From a virus (Duplodnaviria > Caudoviricetes), in IMG/VR virus record IMGVR_UViG_3300043465_001357, positions 1 through 30,225 of that record: a stretch of 30,225 nt of DNA; one strand, written 5' to 3'. Under the pieces are notes generated by a model that searched no databases, was not told the DNA's origin, and saw nothing but the letters and a program-made list of their open reading frames with translations. Shown here one piece after another: positions 16,365 through 23,479 of the stretch. Position 1 is the first letter of the stretch. Every line of letters starts with the position of its first letter. A program made the position numbers and the translations under genes.

Positions 16365-16535
16365 TCAAGAGTTATCTGGTTTGTTTTTGTACCATTTTCC
16401 GCCGTCTAACTCAGGCGCACTGGACATTCCTTGCATCTCTAATAGATTATTTAATGTCATTTCCAGCAACTGAATAGTCATTTCCATTCTAATTACTGCG
16501 AACTCAAGCTCTCTTAATCTTTCTGATTTTCTCAA
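16365..16535 (-). CDS. Small coiled-coil protein (56 aa, MRKSERLRELE...LDGGKWY)
   Basis: Hand translation from TTG overlapping the upstream stop (TTGA). Confidence 0.6.
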   Translation of the reverse strand: MRKSERLRELEFAVIRMEMTIQLLEMTLNNLLEMQGMSSAPELDGGKWYKNKPDNS

Positions 16536-16912
16536 TTTATAAATCCTTTATCTACTGGTGTTGGAGCGGTAGCAACGCTTCCGCAATTAGCGCATTCCAT
16601 ATCTAAGAAATATGTAGCGATTTCATTTGATTCAAACATTACTTTAACATTCCATATATCGCATCCACATGGGCAGACATGAGTTGGTGTACCTCTTAGA
16701 TCCATAGCGTGACTGTAGTCATCTGGCCTAAGCATATTGATATCTATGGCGCCATCTTGCGCCATTGCTTCTTGCATTCTTTGTGCTTCTAGCTGCTCTT
16801 CTATTTTATTTATGTAGTAGAAACCAAAATCATATTTTTTCAATATTGATGTGCATGCTCTAATCATAAATATTGTTACAGCAACTGACAGAACAGAAAC
16901 AAGTATCAACAT
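16532..16912 (-). CDS. Membrane-anchored zinc-ribbon protein (CPCGC...CANC)
   Basis: N-terminal hydrophobic helix; Cys motifs; leaderless promoter. Confidence 0.75.
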   Translation of the reverse strand: MLILVSVLSVAVTIFMIRACTSILKKYDFGFYYINKIEEQLEAQRMQEAMAQDGAIDINMLRPDDYSHAMDLRGTPTHVCPCGCDIWNVKVMFESNEIATYFLDMECANCGSVATAPTPVDKGFIN

Positions 16913-16926
16913 AAATCAATTATACA

Positions 16927-17484
16927 CTAAACTTGAATATATGTATAGGGGGCGGCAACGCTCATGTTGAACTCAGTTGCTGCTTCTAGTGCTGCTTTTA
17001 ATCTAAGCCTAGGGTTCTTTTGATTCTTTGTGGCATGCAAGGCCCCAAGGGCTATCTGTCCACCGCTACCTTCGGCCATGTAATTAACCACATTTTCTCC
17101 AACATGAAAGTCTTCATCTATAGTAAAGATTCTGCCTTCAACACCTACTATGAAAATTCCACCAGTGTCTTCTTCGGAGGATGATCCAATGCTCCCGTAG
17201 CCATGCTCTTTAAATGCAGCTTTAACTGAATCGACAAACTTAGTTCTCATAAACTTATCTAATCCTGAATTAGTTTTAGTTGGAGTATACTTTGGTGGGG
17301 TCCACATGTATTGCAAAATTTGCCCCATACGAAAAGAATCTGTAAAAGCAATTCCATACTGACCAACTTTAAAACACTTTGGCTCTTTACGAGACAATAT
17401 CCAGCCACTCTTATCATCTGAGGCGGCGTGGTCTGAGCCCATATAAACAACACCATTTTGAGCTATAGCAACAATACAAGTCAT
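16927..17484 (-). CDS. Ntn-hydrolase, proteasome-beta/HslV-like peptidase
   Basis: M-T-CIVA N-terminal Thr, 'YMGSD', 'EPK', 'GSGGQIALGAL'. Confidence 0.85.
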   Translation of the reverse strand: MTCIVAIAQNGVVYMGSDHAASDDKSGWILSRKEPKCFKVGQYGIAFTDSFRMGQILQYMWTPPKYTPTKTNSGLDKFMRTKFVDSVKAAFKEHGYGSIGSSSEEDTGGIFIVGVEGRIFTIDEDFHVGENVVNYMAEGSGGQIALGALHATKNQKNPRLRLKAALEAATEFNMSVAAPYTYIQV

Positions 17485-17516
17485 ACTACCAGTATACTAT
17501 TTATATATTTGTAGTG

Positions 17517-17837
17517 CTAGTGCTCATCATTAATTTCTGAATTATGTATTTCTATATGGTTTAATGCCATTAAAGTATGCTCAAGTTCGGCTTTTACCTG
17601 TATCAATTCCTGAAGTGCCTCAAAGTATTTGTCTTTCCACTCATCAAGGTCACGCTCAAGTTTGTATAATTTAATTTGAAGGTCTTTTAATTCAAGCTTA
17701 AGCTCATCTTTTGCCTTTTCTTCCGCCCTTATTTTATCTGCTTTTTTAGACCTGCGACCAGCAATTAAACCAGTCCCCATACCGCTGAGAAGCGATGCGA
17801 CTAGTGTAATTATTATTTGGGCATAAGAAATATCCAT
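17517..17837 (-). CDS. Membrane-anchored coiled-coil protein
   Basis: N-terminal TM segment followed by a heptad-rich helix. Confidence 0.75.
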   Translation of the reverse strand: MDISYAQIIITLVASLLSGMGTGLIAGRRSKKADKIRAEEKAKDELKLELKDLQIKLYKLERDLDEWKDKYFEALQELIQVKAELEHTLMALNHIEIHNSEINDEH

Positions 17838-17867
17838 TATATTCTATATTATACAGCAAAATCAATC

Positions 17868-18107
17868 TTAAATTAGTAATTCAGAAGCAAGTATTTCATT
17901 GCCAGGATATCTTTTTTTAGATACGTGATCCTTAACATATTCACTACCGTTCTGTCTTCCAGCTAAAATAACAACCCATCTTGGCTCAAGTTTGCCGTCA
18001 AAGCATGCTTCACACATTAATAGATTGATATTTAGTAAAGAAGATTTCTTAACATTTAACTTATTTTTTGTCTTATTGCAACAGTAACAAAGTACTTTCT
18101 CTTCCAT
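17868..18107 (-). CDS. Zinc-finger-like hypothetical protein (CYCC...CEAC)
   Basis: ORF track; TAATG coupling. Confidence 0.75.
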   Translation of the reverse strand: MEEKVLCYCCNKTKNKLNVKKSSLLNINLLMCEACFDGKLEPRWVVILAGRQNGSEYVKDHVSKKRYPGNEILASELLI

Positions 18108-18580
18108 TATTCTACCATTTCTGTACGACCAGAGTCTTCAAAAAATCTCTGTGCGTTAAATCTTATATTATCTTGTGAAAATATAAGTGCGAATCCTTTA
18201 ACCAATGACAAGTGATCTTCTTCTGTTATTGAACCCTTGAATGATTTTAATAAATTAGAAGCTTCTACATAATTTTTCTTTACATAGCTACACTCTCCTG
18301 CTGGGGGCCTTCTTAGAACTTTGCTATTTACTACACCACCTGGCTCATACAGCCAAACGGTTAAATATTCTTTTGCAAAACCCCAATCAGTATACCGTCC
18401 ATAAGCCTCTGCGGCTGTTACAGCGTTGTCAAAGTAATAAATAGATCTTGGTGGAAGCTGTCCGTCACGAGATGTTGCAAGCAGGTACCCTCCATCTGAG
18501 CTTCTTGTTTTTGACAAATAGTCTTCAACTCTATCTTGATGCTGAGGGATGAGTTCCTCTGGTGTTAAATTATTTTCCAT
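18107..18580 (-). CDS. Hypothetical phage protein
   Basis: ORF track. Confidence 0.8.
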   Translation of the reverse strand: MENNLTPEELIPQHQDRVEDYLSKTRSSDGGYLLATSRDGQLPPRSIYYFDNAVTAAEAYGRYTDWGFAKEYLTVWLYEPGGVVNSKVLRRPPAGECSYVKKNYVEASNLLKSFKGSITEEDHLSLVKGFALIFSQDNIRFNAQRFFEDSGRTEMVE

Positions 18581-18887
18581 TGCCTGGCTTCCCTTCTAAC
18601 TCTACTCTTACTCCATAAGATTCTAATATTTTTTTTACCATCTCTACATAATCTATTACTCTCATTTTTAATGAGCCGTCATATTTTCCAAAATTATCTT
18701 CATATAATCTAATTGCTAAAAAGTCTGGATACTTTACTATGTCAATTTTTAAGTCTGCCGTTGGCTTTTTTAGTTCTCTAATTTTTAAAGCCATTTCTTT
18801 ATTATAAAATGTTGGCTTGTTTGGTTCTCCAGTCCATTGGTTTATTCCATATTTAAAATGATCTTTGTCTTTATCTATAAATGTCAC
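18570..18887 (-). CDS. Hypothetical phage protein
   Basis: Start re-called to GTG overlapping the whiB stop (GTGA). Confidence 0.75.
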   Translation of the reverse strand: MTFIDKDKDHFKYGINQWTGEPNKPTFYNKEMALKIRELKKPTADLKIDIVKYPDFLAIRLYEDNFGKYDGSLKMRVIDYVEMVKKILESYGVRVELEGKPGNGK

Positions 18888-19180
18888 TTTAGTTTTTTCC
18901 AAATATCTTTTGTTTTATGTGCATTTCTGACTTTATCTACCTGCCCAGAGTTTAAATAAATTCCACCCCACACGCCATAGTCATTATTTTCTACACCAAC
19001 TTCATAGCATATCTTTCTGACTGGGCAACTTAGGCATGCCTCATCAATATTTTTTGCAATAGATATATCCGTTTCATATTTATCAAAAAATAAATTTGTG
19101 TCCATTCCTAAACATAATGCAAAATCAAACCAATTCATATTGGTTTCATCTATACCTAGTTTACTTAAAATACTTGACAT
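18884..19180 (-). CDS. whiB: WhiB-family Fe-S transcription factor
   Basis: 'W...ALC...LFF', 'CLSCPVRKIC', 'GVWGG' turn; four Cys. Confidence 0.92.
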   Translation of the reverse strand: MSSILSKLGIDETNMNWFDFALCLGMDTNLFFDKYETDISIAKNIDEACLSCPVRKICYEVGVENNDYGVWGGIYLNSGQVDKVRNAHKTKDIWKKLK

Positions 19181-19394
19181 ATTTTTTTGGCAACTTCCAG
19201 ACTCCTTCATGGTTGACAGAAATCTTTTCTGCCTTACCCCAAGTATCTTTTCTATACATTCCAGTTATGTCAGTATAGCCGCCGCTATCTTTTTTCCATA
19301 TAATCAAATCATAATTTTTCCAAAACGATTCTTGATTTTTAGTCTGGGATCTTTTTATGAACAGTTCTACACCATCAAGTGTAAGGTTAAGCAC
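19161..19394 (-). CDS. Hypothetical protein
   Basis: GTG start with GGAG SD. Confidence 0.7.
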   Translation of the reverse strand: MLNLTLDGVELFIKRSQTKNQESFWKNYDLIIWKKDSGGYTDITGMYRKDTWGKAEKISVNHEGVWKLPKKYVKYFK

Positions 19395-19429
19395 TTTTTC
19401 TCCGTGTCATGTAAGTCCGCCTAGTATTG

Positions 19430-19502
19430 CTGGCCCACTAGGATTCGAACCTAGGACCTAGAAGTTAACAGCTTCCCGCTCTGCCAGCTGAGCTATGGGC
19501 CA
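19430..19502 (-). tRNA. tRNA-Asn(GTT)
   Basis: Cloverleaf: acceptor TGGCCCA/TGGGCCA, anticodon loop CT-GTT-AA, T-loop TTCGAAT; no CCA encoded. Confidence 0.95.
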
Positions 19503-19508
19503 AGGCAG

Positions 19509-19560
19509 AAACCGCAGTTTCCTATATATTATTATACAGGGTGACCTGCGGTTTTGTCAA
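19509..19560 (-). promoter_or_regulatory. Consensus promoter inside a long inverted repeat
   Basis: TTGACA (19560-19555)-N18-TATAAT (19536-19531); arms AAACCGCAG (19509-19517)/CTGCGGTTT (19546-19554). Confidence 0.8.
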
Positions 19561-19563
19561 CGA

Positions 19564-19707
19564 CTATTTGCTTGTTATTTTAATTATATTAACTTTTTTT
19601 ATTTCATCGTCTATATTAAAAATGTCATGAATATATTCACTTGCGTCTTCTGGATTAAAGGCTTCCACCTCAACCTCTACGTCTAATTTAATGCGATATT
19701 TATTCAT
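19564..19707 (-). CDS. Small hypothetical protein (47 aa, MNKYRIKLDVEVEVEAFNPEDA...)
   Basis: Hand translation; TGC-TATAAT-N6-ATG. Confidence 0.75.
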   Translation of the reverse strand: MNKYRIKLDVEVEVEAFNPEDASEYIHDIFNIDDEIKKVNIIKITSK

Positions 19708-19722
19708 AGTACAATTATAGCA

Positions 19723-20013
19723 TTATTTGGCAGCTTTTTTGTCTACCGCTGAAAAGGCAGCATTGATCTCTGACACGGTCAATTTACCATCATCTAGGAA
19801 ACCTCGTGCAAGCCTTTCAACTACAGTAGCAACGCCAAGAGTCCCAGCTAATATTACTGCTTTAGCTGTGCTGATTCCTACTACTGCACCTGCACCAATT
19901 ACAGATAAACCTGATGCTGCAAACACTGCAATTATACGCATAAAAATATTATTAATGCTTGCTATCGCTCCCCCGCCTACATGTTTTGGCTCCTCTATAT
20001 ATGCCTTTGCCAT
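19723..20013 (-). CDS. Small membrane protein (holin-like candidate) with DDGKLT motif
   Basis: Two hydrophobic segments; AGGAG SD. Confidence 0.65.
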   Translation of the reverse strand: MAKAYIEEPKHVGGGAIASINNIFMRIIAVFAASGLSVIGAGAVVGISTAKAVILAGTLGVATVVERLARGFLDDGKLTVSEINAAFSAVDKKAAK

Positions 20014-20225
20014 TATTTTTCTCCTTTTCCTGCAAAGTAGCCACCAATAATTCCTATTAGTCCTACCAGTGCATTTTGAACTAATGCAATTGCATCTGAG
20101 TTAGTTGAAAACTTTTCTCCTGACGTTGCTTGCTGCATTAACATTGAAGAGTATTCTCCAATAACTACAAGGCCTATAAAGCCTAATATTCCTAGGGTAA
20201 TTACCCACATTAATTTATCTTTCAT
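20013..20225 (-). CDS. Small 2-TM membrane protein
   Basis: Two hydrophobic helices; ATGA coupling. Confidence 0.75.
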   Translation of the reverse strand: MKDKLMWVITLGILGFIGLVVIGEYSSMLMQQATSGEKFSTNSDAIALVQNALVGLIGIIGGYFAGKGEK

Positions 20226-20395
20226 TCGTCATCATCTCTATTTCTAATCGGATAGGTAATTGCCCATGCAATTAATGTTCCTATAATTGCATAGCCTACT
20301 ATCGTCTTTGCGGAACCATCAAGGACTACCCAGGCAATAAACATACCCAAAAGTGTCCACAATTGATCTATCATATCTTTTATCACTTTCATCAT
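20222..20395 (-). CDS. Small 2-TM membrane protein (57 aa, ...QLWTLLGMFIAWVVLDGSAKTIVGYAI...)
   Basis: Hand translation; ATGA overlaps at both ends. Confidence 0.75.
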   Translation of the reverse strand: MMKVIKDMIDQLWTLLGMFIAWVVLDGSAKTIVGYAIIGTLIAWAITYPIRNRDDDE

Positions 20396-22992
20396 GGTCT
20401 TCTCCTTACTCCCTTGGAATTGCCAGAGGCTCCTCCTCCACCTGATCCCCCACCAGAACTACTTCCTGATGACGATCCTCCAGTGGATCCTGCTGCTGCA
20501 CCTACAGCGTTAATGGCTGCTCCTGCTGCTACAACTGTTGCAACAACCATATCTGTTGCTTCTTCTCTTTCTCCTTCAGTCATATCTGCACCAATACTTC
20601 CAATTGCAGCAAGTGCTGCTCCTGGGTCTGTAAATGCTGCTTCTAATAATGCTCCAGGATCTGTAACTAATTCTACATTTGCAGCAACTTCTGCTGTTAT
20701 AACAAGTGCTTCTCCGCTTTCAGATGTTCTAACTTCAACAGGAGTTTCTTTTGGAAGGTCCTTATATTCAATTCCAGCATCTTGAATCTGTGCTGCTGTA
20801 ACATTTTCTCCAGATGAAACTGCTGCTGCAATAACAACTGTTGCAATTAAATCTTTTTGCTCAACAGTTAATGGAGTATCTGATTGTTTAATTGCTTCTA
20901 CAATACTCTTAACTTCTGCTTGAGTTACTTTACCATCAGCGTTAATATTATCTAAAACCTTTTTAGTATCCTCTGCTGTAATCTTTCCATCAGTCAAAGC
21001 CTTTTGCTCAGCAGCCTTTCTTTCTTCTTCTGCCTTTAACTTTGCAGCCTCAGCCTCTTTAGCCTTTTGTTCCGCCAACACTCTTGCTTCTTCTGCTGCT
21101 TTATCTTTAGCAATTTGGGCAAGTCTGTCTGCTTCGGCTTTAGCATTTGCTTCTTCTTGTGCCTTTTTTATCGCCTCAAGTCGTGCATCTTCTTCTGCCT
21201 TTGCTTTGGCTTCAGCCTCTGCCTTTAGTCTGTCTGCTTCTGCTTTGGCTGCTGCCTCTGCTGCTAGTCTATCTTTCTCTGCCTGAATTCTTGCTTCTTC
21301 TTCAGCCTTTAGTCTGGCTTCTTCTGCTTCTTTGGCTGCTTTTTCAGCAGCAATTCTTGCCTCTTCTGCAGCCTTTGCTTCTGCTTCTGCTTTCAGTCTT
21401 GCTTCTTCAGCAATTCTGGCATCTTCTTCTGCTTTCTTTCTTTTCTCTTCAGCAATTCTTGCTTCTTCTTCAGCCTTTGCCTTTGCTAATGCTGCAGCAA
21501 TTCTTTCTTCTTCTGCTTTCTTTGCAGCAGCCTCTGCTGCTAAACGATCTGCTTCTGCTTTTGCTGCTGCTTCCGCAGCAAGTCTATCCTTTTCTGCTTG
21601 AACTCTTGCTGCCTCTATTGCTGCCAAACGATCAGACTCTGCTTTAATTGCAGCAAGTCTAGCAATTTCTGCCAATCTTTCATTCTCTGCATTAATTGCT
21701 GCTTGTCTTGCTATCTCTGCCAGTCTTGCATTCTCTGCTGCTATGGCTTCTAGTCTAGCAACCTCTGCTAGTCTTGCGTTCTCTGCAGCGATTGCTGCTA
21801 ATCTTTCTGCTTCAACTCTAGCAATTTCTGCAAGTCTATTTTGCTCAGCAATTATTGCTGCTTGTCTTTCTGCTTCAGCAATTGCTGCTAATCTTGCTGC
21901 TTCTTGTTGTGCTGCCAATAGTGCTGCTGCTTCTGCTTCAAGCCTAGCAACTTCTGCCAATCTAGCAACCTCTGCTAGTCTAGCAATCTCTGCAAGCCTT
22001 GCCACTTCTGCTAGTCTTGCTATTTCTGCTAACCTTGCTTCTTCTGCAGCAATAGCAGCGAGTCTTGCGTTCTCTGCATCAATAGCAGCCTGTGCTGCTG
22101 CTTGCTCTGCTGCAATTTCTTCTGCAGTTTTTCCAATTTTTAATGTAACAACATTTGAGTTTTCAGAGTATAGTGCTAATGTATCATTGTCTGATCTAAT
22201 ATGAAATGACCAAACAGTTCCGCTTGGTCTTAGTGACTCAAGCAATGAGTGATCAATTGTTATTGTTGTATTAAGCGAATTAGGTCCACCGACATTTCCA
22301 GTTGCAATTCCCCATCCGTTACATCCAGAACAATTAAAACTTATTGCATATCTTTCTGGCTGAGTGTTACCAGTGTCTGGGGCATCCCAATCTAAAACTG
22401 TTGAAGTCGCACCATCAACTACAGTCAAATTTCTTGGTGGCCCTATTGTTTTAACTACTGGTGCTGATTGAGAGGTAAAGGCTGATGGTGGGATGATGCT
22501 CATAGATCCAGATTGATCCCAATACAGGAACACATTTGCTCCCCCGCCATTTTCATAGTACATTAATTCTATGGTTTTAGGTACTCCTGCTGTAAAGGAT
22601 ACTGGAGCAGAAGTTGATCCACCGCCACCTTTGTCAACCCAGTCATCTGTTATTAATGCCCCGTCAATATAGAGCCTGGTTCCATCATCTCCTGTTGCCA
22701 TAAATGATATATTCTGAGTGGAATCACTTCTTATTGAACCCGCAAAACGTACAATAACATCCTCTGAGGGGCCACCTAAGACGCTACCGCTACCCCATTG
22801 GAAGTCAACATTGGGGACAGTGGTCGTAACGACTGGAGAAGCACCCTGTGGGATATATGGAGAAGCATTTTGTCCCAGGACATTATAGACTTGAGCAGTT
22901 AATCCTTCTGCTGCTTGTGCTTGTGTGGGTGCAGCAAAAAGCCAACCTACTGAAAGTAGGAAGGCTGTAAGTACTCTTATCTTTTTCTTCAT
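20392..22992 (-). CDS. Large secreted protein: PA14 domain, FN3-like domain, Ala/Glu/Arg/Lys helical repeat stalk, C-terminal domain
   Basis: Signal peptide; PA14 hallmarks 'VDFQWG', 'GDDGTRLYIDG', 'YYENGGGA'; FN3 'PPRNL...LDWDAP...Y'; RLAE(I/V)A repeats. Confidence 0.85.
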   Translation of the reverse strand: MKKKIRVLTAFLLSVGWLFAAPTQAQAAEGLTAQVYNVLGQNASPYIPQGASPVVTTTVPNVDFQWGSGSVLGGPSEDVIVRFAGSIRSDSTQNISFMATGDDGTRLYIDGALITDDWVDKGGGGSTSAPVSFTAGVPKTIELMYYENGGGANVFLYWDQSGSMSIIPPSAFTSQSAPVVKTIGPPRNLTVVDGATSTVLDWDAPDTGNTQPERYAISFNCSGCNGWGIATGNVGGPNSLNTTITIDHSLLESLRPSGTVWSFHIRSDNDTLALYSENSNVVTLKIGKTAEEIAAEQAAAQAAIDAENARLAAIAAEEARLAEIARLAEVARLAEIARLAEVARLAEVARLEAEAAALLAAQQEAARLAAIAEAERQAAIIAEQNRLAEIARVEAERLAAIAAENARLAEVARLEAIAAENARLAEIARQAAINAENERLAEIARLAAIKAESDRLAAIEAARVQAEKDRLAAEAAAKAEADRLAAEAAAKKAEEERIAAALAKAKAEEEARIAEEKRKKAEEDARIAEEARLKAEAEAKAAEEARIAAEKAAKEAEEARLKAEEEARIQAEKDRLAAEAAAKAEADRLKAEAEAKAKAEEDARLEAIKKAQEEANAKAEADRLAQIAKDKAAEEARVLAEQKAKEAEAAKLKAEEERKAAEQKALTDGKITAEDTKKVLDNINADGKVTQAEVKSIVEAIKQSDTPLTVEQKDLIATVVIAAAVSSGENVTAAQIQDAGIEYKDLPKETPVEVRTSESGEALVITAEVAANVELVTDPGALLEAAFTDPGAALAAIGSIGADMTEGEREEATDMVVATVVAAGAAINAVGAAAGSTGGSSSGSSSGGGSGGGGASGNSKGVRRRP
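21943..22038 (-). repeat. 18-nt (6-aa) RLAE[I/V]A tandem repeats
   Basis: Five consecutive RLAE(I/V)A units in translation with differing synonymous codons; ends approximate. Confidence 0.8.
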
Positions 22993-22993
22993 T

Positions 22994-23034
22994 TAGGTAT
23001 CTCCTAAGCAATTTGCTTGATACCTATAATTATA
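22994..23034 (-). promoter_or_regulatory. Promoter plus SD-enclosing hairpin
   Basis: TGG-TATAAT (23034-23029), then TAGGTATC-AAGC-aaatt-GCTT-AGGA-GATACCTA-A-ATG. Confidence 0.65.
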
Positions 23035-23042
23035 CCACCTAG

Positions 23043-23231
23043 CTATTTAGGATTATCTGTTTTATAAAAGCCATTGCCCTTAAACTGTATGCCAAATGGG
23101 GTAAAGAATCTAATCATTTCTGATTCACATTCTACGCATGTATATCCTGGGTCGTCATCTTTAATTGATCTATGTACTGACATTGTGGCATGTGCATCAT
23201 CATATGAGCATTTATATTCATATACTGGCAT
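23043..23231 (-). CDS. FmdB-family zinc-ribbon protein
   Basis: 'MPVYEYKC'...'CVEC'...'GIQFKGNGFYKTD'. Confidence 0.88.
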   Translation of the reverse strand: MPVYEYKCSYDDAHATMSVHRSIKDDDPGYTCVECESEMIRFFTPFGIQFKGNGFYKTDNPK

Positions 23232-23434
23232 TACTTTCTACCCCATTGTATATAGTTCCATCCACGCTCATGTGCGTAGTAAATAAATATCTTAACTACC
23301 GTTTCCCAAAACGCAATCGTTACGGAAAGAGCAGCATTGTTTGTTATGACATAAGCAACAGCAACTGAGGAAAGTGTTCCCCATATGCGATAACTTAATG
23401 CCTTGGCAAATGATCTTGCTTTGGTTACTTTCAT
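23231..23434 (-). CDS. DUF2061-like small membrane protein
   Basis: 'RSFAKALSYRIWGT'...'YYAHERGWN'; start re-called to MKVTKARS. Confidence 0.85.
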   Translation of the reverse strand: MKVTKARSFAKALSYRIWGTLSSVAVAYVITNNAALSVTIAFWETVVKIFIYYAHERGWNYIQWGRK

Positions 23435-23479
23435 GAAGGCCACTCCATATTGTTTGGCCTAGTAATCCAGCCCCAAACT

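Noticed and set aside
21000-22130. Repeats as a possible CRISPR array
   Set aside because: In-frame, codon-degenerate coding repeats with no unique spacers, and no cas genes in the window
21147-22204. + strand Leu-rich and Ala/Ser-rich ORFs
   Set aside because: Mirror of the Ala/Glu/Lys repeat stalk on the minus strand
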